Source: Candidatus Nomurabacteria bacterium | GTDB taxonomy: Bacteria > Patescibacteriota > Minisyncoccia > Phycocordibacterales > UBA1006 | DNA: 64,000 nt | NCBI GenBank assembly: GCA_020632195.1 | Contig: JACKGA010000002.1 | Coordinates: 2,896 to 66,895 of the forward strand | Direction: 5' to 3' | Part shown: piece after piece, positions 1 to 9,566 of the stretch | Position numbering within the stretch: position 1 is the stretch's first letter | Layout: each line of letters begins with the position of its first letter | Position numbers and translations under genes: made by a program | Notes under the pieces: model-generated | Seen by the model: only the letters and a program-made list of their open reading frames with translations | Database searches by the model: none | Told to the model about the DNA's origin: nothing

Positions 1-87
1 TGATGATGTCGTAATACCTTTACCAACACCCGACATAACACCTCCTACGACAAAAATATATTTTGTTGACTTGTTTTTTCTTTTCAT
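1..87 (-). CDS. pyrG: CTP synthase, N-terminal fragment (gene runs off the window)
   Basis: Minus-strand ATG at 85-87. Translation MKRKNKSTKYIFVVGGVMSGVGKGITTSS matches the conserved CTP synthase N-terminus (KYIFVTGGV.S.LGKG). Confidence 0.6.
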   Translation of the reverse strand, partial: MKRKNKSTKYIFVVGGVMSGVGKGITTSS

Positions 88-102
88 ACTCTATACAAAA
101 TT

Positions 103-126
103 AAAGGCGGGAAAAATCCCGCCTTT
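103..126 (-). terminator. Rho-independent terminator downstream of ftsX
   Basis: Hairpin AAAGGCGGG / CCCGCCTTT with a 6-nt loop, followed by a U-rich tract on the minus strand. Confidence 0.6.
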
Positions 127-130
127 GTGA

Positions 131-1051
131 TTACTTATCTAGATACATCCATAATGCCAGTGCACTCGACAGTACTCCTAAAATAATTCCGATGGCCAAA
201 AGCACGACAGCGAGTAAGAGGAAGTTTGAAATGAAGAAATCAAAGATATTGAATCCTCCAAAGAAAACACTAGTCTGCCCCGCCATCCATGACGTCAATG
301 GGTACAAAATGATGATAGAGATGATCGCTGCAAAGACACCATACAACATACCAGCAAAATACAATGGCCCCTGAACGAAGCGGCGGCGTGCCCCCACCAT
401 TTGCATGATCGAAATTTCTTCACGAGAAGCATACATTGCCAAACGTAGTGTGTTGAATGTGATCAAAATTGAAAGTATTCCAAATACAACTGACAAGATC
501 ATGCCGAGTCGGCGCACCGAACCCATGGCATGACGCACACGTTCGATAATGCGTTCGTTTTGGTAATAGTTTACCTTTTCTATCAATGCCTGAGTCGTCG
601 TTGGTAGTGGCCCTGAAAGTGAGAGGAATTCTGCAACATCTTCGTATTGTGACGGTTCATGGGCTCGGATATTCAAAGCTGATCCTAATGGATTTTCACC
701 AAGCTCTTCCAAAGCTTGCAGTGTCAACGAATCGTTGGCGTGGCGTTCTCGGAATGATTCCAACGCAGCGTCACGAGAGACATACTCAACAGAGGCAACT
801 TGTTCAAGATTCAGCAACTGATCTTGCACATCCAACACAACTTCTTCTGGTGCATTTGGTAAAAAATACACATTTACATCCACTTTCTGAGCAACTTGCT
901 CGAGAGAAAAAGAAAGTACTGATTGGGTAAAAATCAGAAGAGCAATGATAAGAAGTGTCACCGTCAAAACAAAAACTGAAGCAAAGGTGACCGTCCCATT
1001 GCGCGTCATGTGTTGCCATGCTGATTTAAAAATACGTTGAGAGTTTTTCAT
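131..1051 (-). CDS. ftsX: Cell division permease FtsX-like
   Basis: 306 aa. N-terminal TM helix, a large extracytoplasmic loop and three C-terminal TM helices. Lies immediately downstream of ftsE. Confidence 0.8.
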   Translation of the reverse strand: MKNSQRIFKSAWQHMTRNGTVTFASVFVLTVTLLIIALLIFTQSVLSFSLEQVAQKVDVNVYFLPNAPEEVVLDVQDQLLNLEQVASVEYVSRDAALESFRERHANDSLTLQALEELGENPLGSALNIRAHEPSQYEDVAEFLSLSGPLPTTTQALIEKVNYYQNERIIERVRHAMGSVRRLGMILSVVFGILSILITFNTLRLAMYASREEISIMQMVGARRRFVQGPLYFAGMLYGVFAAIISIIILYPLTSWMAGQTSVFFGGFNIFDFFISNFLLLAVVLLAIGIILGVLSSALALWMYLDK

Positions 1052-1081
1052 AAATAAAAATAAATTTCTAAAGCTTAACTA

Positions 1082-1813
1082 TTAATCATGAAGTGCTGCT
1101 TTATCAGTATCAATCGAATACGTACCCTTGGTATGATCTGCGACAATCGTACCGCCCTTGAGTGTGATCACACGTTTCTTGATATCATCGACGACGCTTT
1201 TGCTATGAGTAGTCAGAAGGACCGTCGTGCCTAATTCATTGATTTTTTTAAGAATACTTACTACGGTATGAGTTGCTGCTGGATCAAGATTACCCGTCGG
1301 CTCATCCGCAATGAGTACATCTGGCTGATGGACCATGGCGCGGGCAATAGCAACACGCTGCTGCTCTCCATCAGAAAGCTGATGCGGGAAACGATCCATC
1401 AAGTCCCCGAGCCCTACTAAATTCAGAGCGTACGGCACATCGGTGGCAATCACTTCATCGGTCTCACCCATTGCTTCAAGGACAAATGCGACGTTCTCAA
1501 AAGCAGTTTTGGTAGAGAGGAGTCGATAGTCCTGAAACACGACGCCAATGCGACGTCGGTGAAGTGGTAGTTCATAGGTTGGTAAACGATCAACATGATA
1601 GCCATCAAAGACCACCGTCCCTGATGTTGGTTTTTTCTCAGCCCAAAGATGCTTGAGAAGTGAAGACTTCCCTGCGCCTGAGTGACCGATGAATGTCACA
1701 AACTCTCCTGGCATCACTGAAAACGTCACATCATGCAATGCACGGTGTCCCGTATCTGTCACATGCGTGACATGTTGAAAATCAATTAAAGGTGCTTCTT
1801 TTTTATCAGACAT
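1082..1813 (-). CDS. ftsE: Cell division ATP-binding protein FtsE (ABC ATPase)
   Basis: Walker A GHSGAGKSS, ABC signature LSDGEQQRVAIARA, Walker B VLIADEPT. Paired with ftsX. Confidence 0.9.
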   Translation of the reverse strand: MSDKKEAPLIDFQHVTHVTDTGHRALHDVTFSVMPGEFVTFIGHSGAGKSSLLKHLWAEKKPTSGTVVFDGYHVDRLPTYELPLHRRRIGVVFQDYRLLSTKTAFENVAFVLEAMGETDEVIATDVPYALNLVGLGDLMDRFPHQLSDGEQQRVAIARAMVHQPDVLIADEPTGNLDPAATHTVVSILKKINELGTTVLLTTHSKSVVDDIKKRVITLKGGTIVADHTKGTYSIDTDKAALHD

Positions 1814-1849
1814 AGATGTTAGGTATTATAGCGCAGATTATTTTTTTCG

Positions 1850-2272
1850 TCACGAAGAATTTTCTACAGCATAGATAGTCGCGTCTTGCACATGCCGAAA
1901 CCGGTCTGCCTCAAGCTTCACACCCCCATACCAACGAACCACGCATACTGCAGTATTGATCATATTTTTCTTCAAAAGAATACGCAAAATTACATTTCCA
2001 GCACCTGTCTCACCATCATCATTTTTAGATTCATAAATCACACCATCATGAGCAATACGCACTGCCCAGCTATGATGAGTCGCCTTGTCATGTTTTTTCA
2101 TACGCTTAGTACGCTGGAGGAATGTTTTAATCTCAACTCTATTTTTTACCCTACCGATTGCAACCGAATAGACTGACCCGCGATCAATAATGATCTTTTC
2201 AAAGTTTTGAAAATCTTTTATTGGAACATTTCCATCACCAAAATCTATGGGTTGTGTTTTATTCTTTGACAT
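1850..2272 (-). CDS. IMPACT/YigZ (UPF0029) family protein
   Basis: DDGETGAGNVILRIL ... VVRWYGGVKL resembles the YigZ/IMPACT N-terminal core motif. Confidence 0.55.
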   Translation of the reverse strand: MSKNKTQPIDFGDGNVPIKDFQNFEKIIIDRGSVYSVAIGRVKNRVEIKTFLQRTKRMKKHDKATHHSWAVRIAHDGVIYESKNDDGETGAGNVILRILLKKNMINTAVCVVRWYGGVKLEADRFRHVQDATIYAVENSS

Positions 2273-2676
2273 TATTCTGGCAGAAGATTATATGATTGAA
2301 TATGCCCAACACACCTCCCAAGCGTGCCTATGGTAAAGAGCCCAACTGATTCAACAAATAAATCTGGTACGTCAAAATCTTGCATTACTTCAGCAACGAC
2401 GGCTTCGGCTTCTCCCCTATTTGAAAACTTACAAAGAGTAATATGCGGAAATGAGTAGTATGTAAAAGGAAATCCATCAAGCGTGCTCTCAATTTCCTGA
2501 ATATGAGATTCGGGATACTCTGGCGCATAGAGTGTAATGTGAGGAAACGGACCCGTGCTCGAAACAAAGAATTCTGACTCAACACACCGACGCAGTTTTT
2601 CAATAAAAGAAAACGTTTGCATTTGGGTAAACTCATCAGGAACAATGGTAGTATTGAGACGGATATATTTTGACAT
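2272..2676 (-). CDS. 2H phosphoesterase superfamily protein (LigT-like), short form
   Basis: Two H-x-T-x motifs (PHITLYAP and PHITLCKF) with the spacing typical of 2H enzymes. 134 aa. Confidence 0.5.
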   Translation of the reverse strand: MSKYIRLNTTIVPDEFTQMQTFSFIEKLRRCVESEFFVSSTGPFPHITLYAPEYPESHIQEIESTLDGFPFTYYSFPHITLCKFSNRGEAEAVVAEVMQDFDVPDLFVESVGLFTIGTLGRCVGHIQSYNLLPE

Positions 2677-2701
2677 GATTACAGTATAGCATTATGCAAT
2701 C

Positions 2702-3841
2702 TTATTTTTCCTCTGAACTCAATCGCTTGAGATATTGCGAAACACTCAAAATAATACCCATACTTGCGAGTGTAATAGCAAGCGACGTCCCTCCATGAGA
2801 GACGAAAATCAGCGGTAATCCACTTAATGGGAAAAGTCCGATAATCGAGGTGATATTTAAAAATGCTTGAATAATGACCAGCATTACCAACCCCGTGACC
2901 AGCAGTCGTGCAAACATGTTTGGTGCACGTCGTGCGATCCAGAGCCCACGCAAGGCAAAAATCACATAGAGAAGAACGAGGGTAACCGTCCCGACAAAAC
3001 CAAGCTCCTCCCCTGCCACCGCAAAGACGGAGTCTCCCACGGGCTCAGGAAGGTATTGGAATTTTTGGATACTTTGCCCATACCCACGACCAGCAAGCCC
3101 TCCGGAACCCAAAGCAATAAAGCCCTGGCGTACTTGATATGAGGCGCCCTGTGGGTCGTGCCCTGGATTCATGAATGTTTTGACGCGAGCCAGTAGATAT
3201 GGCCGCGCGACTACAAGAATACCTCCTGCTATGATTGCCAATGCAAACATGATTGCTAAATCACGCACCTTAGCACCTGATACGAAATATAAAATAACCC
3301 CCGTCCCAGCAATAACGAGGAATGTCCCAGTATCTGGTTGCAAAAGAAGGACAGCTCCAACAACCATAAACATAATAATCAAAGGCACAACACCATATTT
3401 AAATTGATGTAGTTTACGATGTGCCCATCCGTACCATGCTGATACATACATAACGAAAACGATTTTGAGAATTTCAGCAGGCTGGAATGACAAAGGCCCA
3501 AGTGAAATCCACCGTGTCGCGCCACCATGTGAAAGTGAAATTCCGGGTACAAATACCAATACAGTCAAGATAATTCCAACAATAAGAAGTATGAGTGCAT
3601 AGGTGCGCCAAAATATATAAGGGATTTTAAAGGTAATATATCCAGCAATAGCTCCGCCAACCAAGCCTAGTACCAATTGACTTAAAAGCATGCGACGAAA
3701 AATATCTGGATTTTTAGGGACTACCGATAATGATGCTGAGACAAAAATAAAGAGTCCAACAATCACAAAGATCACGATAATCCAAAAAAAGGGCTTATCG
3801 AAGCGTGCCTCATGCCAGTATTGTCGTAATGTCTGAAACAT
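2702..3841 (-). CDS. SEDS family peptidoglycan polymerase (FtsW/RodA)
   Basis: 379 aa, about 10 TM helices. C-terminal PLSGLPLIFVSHGGTSL is the SEDS signature. Adjacent to mraY. Confidence 0.85.
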   Translation of the reverse strand: MFQTLRQYWHEARFDKPFFWIIVIFVIVGLFIFVSASLSVVPKNPDIFRRMLLSQLVLGLVGGAIAGYITFKIPYIFWRTYALILLIVGIILTVLVFVPGISLSHGGATRWISLGPLSFQPAEILKIVFVMYVSAWYGWAHRKLHQFKYGVVPLIIMFMVVGAVLLLQPDTGTFLVIAGTGVILYFVSGAKVRDLAIMFALAIIAGGILVVARPYLLARVKTFMNPGHDPQGASYQVRQGFIALGSGGLAGRGYGQSIQKFQYLPEPVGDSVFAVAGEELGFVGTVTLVLLYVIFALRGLWIARRAPNMFARLLVTGLVMLVIIQAFLNITSIIGLFPLSGLPLIFVSHGGTSLAITLASMGIILSVSQYLKRLSSEEK

Positions 3842-3856
3842 AGAAAAAATACTTAC

Positions 3857-4915
3857 TTATGAAAGAAGAGCGATAACAACGCCAAGCAAGGAAACCATCA
3901 TAGTAAAAATCCAATAACGCATCACTACTTTCTCGCGACTCCACCCAATCGATTCAAAATAGTGATGGAGAGGTGAAATAGGATAGAGCTTTTTACCAAA
4001 ATATTTCTTAGCAATAATTTGTGAAAACGAGGTAAACGATGTTGCTACCAGTGGAAACCCGATAATAAGAATCCAAAATGACTTATGTAAAAGAAAAGCA
4101 ATGACAGGAAGTGTGAGCGTCAGTGCATACATACCCGTCTCTCCCATATAAAATCGCGCAGGGGCAATGTTGAACCACAGGAATGCAAGCAATCCACTAG
4201 CAATCACGAAGCACAACGCCGCGATATCGAACTGCTGTTGTGCAATGGCAATAAGGCCAAATGCAGCAAAAATAATAGCCAGCACCCCACCCGACAAACC
4301 ATCCATACCATCAATTACCCTACTCGAAAAAGTACCCAACATAACAACAATAAAGTATGGGATAAACAGCCAGCCAATGTGCCATTCGCCAACAAAGGGC
4401 ACGACGATTGATCGATAATCGAGTTTGATAAAAAACCAGGCAGCAAATGAAATAGCAACAACTAACGTTACACTAATAAGTGCCTTTCTACTAAATCCAT
4501 GAATAAATTTTTCAAAACGATCACTATGAGCTTCTAAAATGTCTTCGGCAAGACCGAATACAGCACCAAATACAAAGGTGATAAGCGGTAAAAATGTTTG
4601 TCCTCGCGAAAGATAGTCGAGCTCTAAGAGAATCTCGTTTGGAAGCAAGCGTGACAAAGCAAATAAGACAAACGTCACCACAAGAACACTAGACCAAATA
4701 ATGACCCCACCTACCCGTGGCGTGCTGGTCTCTGTGGTGCCATTATGTATTTTTCTATAAGATTCAGAAAATTCATCAGTATTATCTGTGTGGCGATTGA
4801 CGCGCTTCCACATGCGCCGCGCATACATCCAGCGGGTGAGGCTCGGTGTCAGGACAATCCCTACAAGAAACGTAAGGATAGCTGGAATGCCAATTTTGAG
4901 AATGCTCGCAATCAT
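3857..4915 (-). CDS. mraY: Phospho-N-acetylmuramoyl-pentapeptide transferase
   Basis: Polytopic membrane protein with the IDGMDGLSGG motif of the glycosyltransferase 4/MraY family. Cell-wall gene context. Confidence 0.85.
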   Translation of the reverse strand: MIASILKIGIPAILTFLVGIVLTPSLTRWMYARRMWKRVNRHTDNTDEFSESYRKIHNGTTETSTPRVGGVIIWSSVLVVTFVLFALSRLLPNEILLELDYLSRGQTFLPLITFVFGAVFGLAEDILEAHSDRFEKFIHGFSRKALISVTLVVAISFAAWFFIKLDYRSIVVPFVGEWHIGWLFIPYFIVVMLGTFSSRVIDGMDGLSGGVLAIIFAAFGLIAIAQQQFDIAALCFVIASGLLAFLWFNIAPARFYMGETGMYALTLTLPVIAFLLHKSFWILIIGFPLVATSFTSFSQIIAKKYFGKKLYPISPLHHYFESIGWSREKVVMRYWIFTMMVSLLGVVIALLS

Positions 4916-4927
4916 ATGTTCGAAGAA

Positions 4928-5851
4928 TTATATCTGAATGAGGTCATATGCCAGGTCGACACTGGAAACAATTTTCTCCATATCGGTAAAACGCGATGTA
5001 AATCCTGACTTCATAACAACAACCCCCACCAATACACCAGGTGTCGGTTCTATAATGGCAAGCATATTTCCCCCCGCCAAATTCGTATATCCTGTTTTTA
5101 CAAATCGGGCTCCTGGCAATGTTTCTACCTCCGGATAGGTGTGCTCGAGCATGTGCTGTCTTATTTCATACGTATTTTGTGTTGTGGATTCAGAAATGTT
5201 GGGTGAAGAAAAAAGAAGTTCCATAGCAATAGCGAGAATATCATGTGCAGATCCAGTGGTTGCACGTGCTGGGTCCTGAAAATCGTATCCTGAAGGGTCG
5301 TGCAGCGTAATCCCAAGATCGTGTTCACGAATATATTGCTGCATTGTTTCTACCAAGTCCCCATTTCCATGTCGAGCAAGCGCATCAGCAATATCGTTCG
5401 AGGAACTTACCAATAGCGCACTCAGAGCTTCTGTTACAGAAAAACATTCCCCGTCAGAAAAGCCTTGATCCCCAATAGCTGCAAGCGCCTGAGCATCCAT
5501 ACACACCTCTTGTCCAACAAATAAATCTGCCGATACACGTGCTGTGAGTATTTTTACAAGCGAAGCTAAATTGTAAGGAGTATAAGCATTGCGCTCAAAA
5601 AGAACCTGCTCGTTTTTAAAATCATAAACGTACACACTTGCACCACCGACACCGCTTTGTTGAATAAGTGCCGCCACGAGATCACTACGCAACTGCTGTA
5701 AAGCTTGCTCATGTTGTTCAGTAATGCTGGTGATCTTTTCATTAGCCTCAGCACGGACGCGTCCTTGCTGAGTAGCAGAGACACCCATCACGACGAACAA
5801 AAGTGCACAGCCAACAGCAAGACATATTTTGTATGGTGTCGTATTTTTCAT
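4928..5851 (-). CDS. D-alanyl-D-alanine carboxypeptidase (peptidase S11, PBP5-like)
   Basis: Signal/TM N-terminus, SxxK (ASLVK), SxN-like (SSSND) and KTG (VKTGYT) motifs. Confidence 0.75.
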   Translation of the reverse strand: MKNTTPYKICLAVGCALLFVVMGVSATQQGRVRAEANEKITSITEQHEQALQQLRSDLVAALIQQSGVGGASVYVYDFKNEQVLFERNAYTPYNLASLVKILTARVSADLFVGQEVCMDAQALAAIGDQGFSDGECFSVTEALSALLVSSSNDIADALARHGNGDLVETMQQYIREHDLGITLHDPSGYDFQDPARATTGSAHDILAIAMELLFSSPNISESTTQNTYEIRQHMLEHTYPEVETLPGARFVKTGYTNLAGGNMLAIIEPTPGVLVGVVVMKSGFTSRFTDMEKIVSSVDLAYDLIQI

Positions 5852-5856
5852 AAAAA

Positions 5857-6411
5857 TTATTCTTGAATATCATCTTCGATTCCTTCACGAAGCTCTTCCA
5901 GGCGCGCCATACATGCTTCATATTCTGGTAAGTCTTCGATACGTGAAATACCTAGGAACGTAAACGTATCGTTAGACGCTTGGTACAGTGAACGTCGTTT
6001 ATCATCGGGGTTATCTTTCTTCTCAATCAATCCTCGAACAAGCAAATTACGCAACATGAATTGCGAATTCACGCCACGAATATGATCAATTTCTGTTTTA
6101 AGCAATGGTCCGCTATAAAGGATAATCGCGAGTGTCTCGAGTGCCGCCTTGGAAAGAGGTGTTGTCACTTCACGGGTATAGAGTATTTCGATCAATGTTG
6201 CCATATCGGGATGAGTGGCAAGCATGACATTGTCGTCATGTTCCACAAGAACAATACCCTGCCCTCTCATGTGTTCACGCAGGTCAGCAATACCCGCAAC
6301 AATATCCTGGCGCGGTACCTCGAGTGTCTTGGCAAGCCACGTGATCGAAACGGCGTCGGTACGAACAAATAAAAGACTTTGGATTTGTGCAGCAAGAGAA
6401 AGCGTATTCAT
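5857..6411 (-). CDS. scpB: Segregation and condensation protein B
   Basis: 184 aa with tandem winged-helix-like halves (QIQSLLFV ... TLAIILYSGPL ... IRGVNS). Immediately downstream of scpA. Confidence 0.8.
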   Translation of the reverse strand: MNTLSLAAQIQSLLFVRTDAVSITWLAKTLEVPRQDIVAGIADLREHMRGQGIVLVEHDDNVMLATHPDMATLIEILYTREVTTPLSKAALETLAIILYSGPLLKTEIDHIRGVNSQFMLRNLLVRGLIEKKDNPDDKRRSLYQASNDTFTFLGISRIEDLPEYEACMARLEELREGIEDDIQE

Positions 6412-6420
6412 AGAAAAAAT

Positions 6421-7170
6421 TTACGAAGCGTTAATAATAATATCATCAAAAAGCGTATTTTGCTCGACGGCGATCACACTGTTGCGAACCATTTCCAACA
6501 TCGCAAGAAAACCAACGATAGAATACACTTTTTGTTCGCGAGGGGTTGCGTCTGTCAGTGGAGCTTTTGCAAATTCTTTAAAAGAAATATTCATTGCCTT
6601 CGTCATGCGTTCTTTAAGGTTTTCTACCATGTCATTAATGTGAACACTCGCTGTACGCACGCGTACTTCTGGTAATATCTGTTGTTCTTCCTCGTGGATA
6701 TCATCCAAGCCAAGTATTGCTGATACAAAGTTGCCCGGCTGCATGGCTGCTGCGTCTGGTGAAAACACCGTAATGCGACGCATTTTGAAAGGACGCGTAA
6801 ACATAGACGGTGTGCCAAACAATGGCTTGATCTGCTCTGCCTGATCGCGGAATATCTGGTACAGCTTGAGTCGTCGCTGTAACGCATCGATGCTTTCTTC
6901 TTCCTCATCGGTCAGTTCGAGCGACGGAAGGAGTGAACGTGATTTGATCAAAAGCAACGTCGAAGCAACATACAAAAAATGTGTAATGTAGGAATAGTCG
7001 TGCTGACGATTATTCTTGATATACGCAACATATTCGTCGGTAACTTCTGCCAACGAAACATCATTAATCGGCATTTTGCGATCTTGAATCATGTTCAATA
7101 AGACCTCGATAGGCCCTTCGAATTCCCCGACTGATACCAGTGGGTGTGGCTGTGTGGAAGTGTCTTGCAT
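6421..7170 (-). CDS. scpA: Segregation and condensation protein A
   Basis: FEGPIEVLLNMIQDRKMPINDVSLAEVTDEY is the ScpA N-terminal signature. Start moved to the internal ATG (MQDTST...) at 7170. The track ORF extends to 7254. Confidence 0.8.
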   Translation of the reverse strand: MQDTSTQPHPLVSVGEFEGPIEVLLNMIQDRKMPINDVSLAEVTDEYVAYIKNNRQHDYSYITHFLYVASTLLLIKSRSLLPSLELTDEEEESIDALQRRLKLYQIFRDQAEQIKPLFGTPSMFTRPFKMRRITVFSPDAAAMQPGNFVSAILGLDDIHEEEQQILPEVRVRTASVHINDMVENLKERMTKAMNISFKEFAKAPLTDATPREQKVYSIVGFLAMLEMVRNSVIAVEQNTLFDDIIINAS

Positions 7171-7361
7171 GACAGTATTGTATGCTATAGAGTGAAAGAA
7201 ACCAAATCGAACTAATATGGAAATAATAATTAAAACACGTTTCCAGATGCTCACAGAGCTCGTGGAGGCAAAAAAGATTTCTTGGATCGAGGCAATGTTT
7301 ATGAATCATAATATTCTGATCGACCAATACAAAAAGTTTAAAAATTCTCTTTAAGGATATT

Positions 7362-7387
7362 ACGGGGCTACAGCTAAGTAGTCCCGT
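7362..7387 (+). terminator. 10-bp hairpin (terminator-like) after a 45-codon ORF
   Basis: ACGGGGCTAC agctaa GTAGTCCCGT followed by TTAATGTTT. Follows a small ORF at 7217-7354. Confidence 0.4.
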
Positions 7388-7593
7388 TTAATGTTTAGGC
7401 ATATCTAGAAATTATGTGTTGCTGTGGAAAACTTTTACTTGCAGAGAATTATGGGCGTGTTAGAAAGGAAATATGCAAAAGAGTTATTACAACACATGGT
7501 TCAAGCACATTTGCCGATTTGCCCCGCAATCGAGTGTTTGTCTATGTGTTGGAATATAAGTGTAAAGAATCTCTTTCTTATATCCAAACTATA

Positions 7594-7623
7594 AACAAGC
7601 TCTCGATTCCTCGAGAGCTTGTT
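7594..7623 (+). terminator. Strong 13-bp hairpin, terminator-like
   Basis: AACAAGCTCTCGA ttcc TCGAGAGCTTGTT followed by a T-rich stretch. Lies 90 nt upstream of the 7714 CDS. Confidence 0.55.
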
Positions 7624-7713
7624 TTGTTCAAATAGATTGCCCTTTTATAATTAAATATTAGACAGGAAAATCTATTTTTTATCTTGTATTCTTAAACTAA
7701 AAAATAAAAAACA

Positions 7714-8448
7714 ATGGAAGCAAATCACAATACTTCGACCGCGGCCAATACTGGCGCAAAAATTACTAACTCAAGATTTCCTGAAGGCTACATAGTAAAG
7801 GATTTTCATATCCAATCTATGAACCCTAAAGAATTTTGGGAATTTCTCAAACTCACTCATCCAATTATGGATGAATTTTTGGAGGAACCGATCAATGGGC
7901 ATGCAGACTTCATGCTCTTCAAGTATGACAAGGCAAACATGCACTGCAATGTGCTCTATCACAACGAAACCCCTATTGGACACTCGATGTATTACATCGA
8001 AAAAACACAGTGGGGTACTATTATGTATCGTTGGAATACCAATTTATTGTTTGACTACCAAGGATTAGGCTTATATAAGCCCCTTATTGAACACAGTCTA
8101 GAGCCATTGCGAAGCAAAATTGATTTCTTGGTTTTTAAAACACAAAACCCAAGAGTATTAAGCGGCTTGTCCAAAATAGCAGGTGGGCAAGCGTATCCAG
8201 ACTATTCTAAGCCAGATATGAAAATCTCCGAAGAAATTAGAGATATGGCAAGCTATTATGCTGGGGGTAAGAAATTAAGTAACCACTTAGTGTTACGCCA
8301 TCCAGTATATGCACAACTGAATCCATCAAAAGATTTTCATTCAACTAGCAACGTTGAATTGAAAAATTTTATGGAGTCAGCAATGGGAGCACGAGTAGAT
8401 GTGCTCCATTCAAATTGCTTTCAAGTTATCTGTGAGATAAAGAAATAA
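7714..8448 (+). CDS. Hypothetical protein (possible GNAT-like fold)
   Basis: 244-aa ORF. YQGLGLYKPLIEHSL resembles the GNAT Q/RxxGxG/A CoA-binding motif. No firm family assignment. Confidence 0.45.
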   Translation: MEANHNTSTAANTGAKITNSRFPEGYIVKDFHIQSMNPKEFWEFLKLTHPIMDEFLEEPINGHADFMLFKYDKANMHCNVLYHNETPIGHSMYYIEKTQWGTIMYRWNTNLLFDYQGLGLYKPLIEHSLEPLRSKIDFLVFKTQNPRVLSGLSKIAGGQAYPDYSKPDMKISEEIRDMASYYAGGKKLSNHLVLRHPVYAQLNPSKDFHSTSNVELKNFMESAMGARVDVLHSNCFQVICEIKK

Positions 8449-8502
8449 CTTTCTGCCTAAATTTACCCATCTTATCTTTATTTTTAAGATGGGTTTTTAT
8501 TT

Positions 8503-9549
8503 GTGAAAAAATATTTTCTTATGCTACACTCTCATGTATATATGCTCAAAAATTTTCCTTACATCGAAATATCAGGCGATGCGCACGAACGTGGACTCCA
8601 ACACGGATCACAGTTAAAAGAGCGTATTCATGCGAATATTGCTTTTTATAAAAAAATTATTAAAGCTTCAGAAGAAGACTTGCTGCTAAAGGTAAAGCAT
8701 TTCCAAAAAATTATTCAAGGTTTTAATTATGAATATGCGATTGAGATAGATGCTATCGCCGAAGGTGCGTCAGTAGATCCGGTATGGGTTTATATGATTA
8801 ATGCGCGATCAGAACTCATTGATCATTTTAATGAATGTACTTCTTTTTTCTTTAAAGAAAGCTCTCTTTTGGCACAAAATTGGGATTGGGCAGAAACGAG
8901 TGAGAATCTTGTTGTTGTCATGAGAGTAACTAATGAAAATGGAAATACGTTTATACACCTCACTGAGCCAGGTATGCTAGGCAAAATTGGCTTTAACGAT
9001 AAAGGTATTGGGGTGTGCTTAAATTTCCTTGCGTCGAGCAAGCCTCTCTTGGGGATACCTGTTCACATACTGCTGCGAAGTGTATTGGATTCGCAAACTT
9101 TCGAGGAAGCAAAGGACACGATCAAGACTCATGCTCAAAATACTGCCGGGAACCTCTTGATAGCAGATGCTGAGGGTTCGTATGTAAATTTTGAAATGTC
9201 TGGTGAGCACATCTTTGAATATGATTCCGATACATCTGTAGTCTGTCACACCAACCACTTCCATATGCAAGATAATAAAGATCCTGATAAGTTTGCAAAC
9301 TCAATGCAGCGATTTAAACGCGCTAATTACCTAGCAAGCAATATTCAAAAATTTTCAATCGACGAAGCAAAAAATATACTCGCAGATAAAGAAGACAAGG
9401 CTTCTGCATTGTGTCGTGTCTATCACAAAAACGAAACGATCGGTAATGTTGGTACTATTGTAAGTATTGTTATGGACCTTTCAAATAAGACACTTCACAT
9501 TACTGATGGCAACCCACATGAAAACGATTATGCTATGGTACGACTTTAG
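8503..9549 (+). CDS. Peptidase C45 / acyl-CoA:6-aminopenicillanic-acid acyltransferase family (Ntn hydrolase)
   Basis: IEISGDAHERGLQHGSQLKERI N-terminus and FNECTSFFF (candidate nucleophile Cys) as in the C45/AAT family. GTG start. Confidence 0.65.
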   Translation: MKKYFLMLHSHVYMLKNFPYIEISGDAHERGLQHGSQLKERIHANIAFYKKIIKASEEDLLLKVKHFQKIIQGFNYEYAIEIDAIAEGASVDPVWVYMINARSELIDHFNECTSFFFKESSLLAQNWDWAETSENLVVVMRVTNENGNTFIHLTEPGMLGKIGFNDKGIGVCLNFLASSKPLLGIPVHILLRSVLDSQTFEEAKDTIKTHAQNTAGNLLIADAEGSYVNFEMSGEHIFEYDSDTSVVCHTNHFHMQDNKDPDKFANSMQRFKRANYLASNIQKFSIDEAKNILADKEDKASALCRVYHKNETIGNVGTIVSIVMDLSNKTLHITDGNPHENDYAMVRL

Positions 9550-9566
9550 CTCGCAGATTTTAGAGA

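Noticed and set aside
7414-7635. 73-aa ORF (MCCCGKLLLAENYG...) as a Cys-rich small protein.
   Set aside because: It has no SD, and its C-terminus is the translation of a 13-bp terminator hairpin. It is kept only as part of the unexplained intergenic region.
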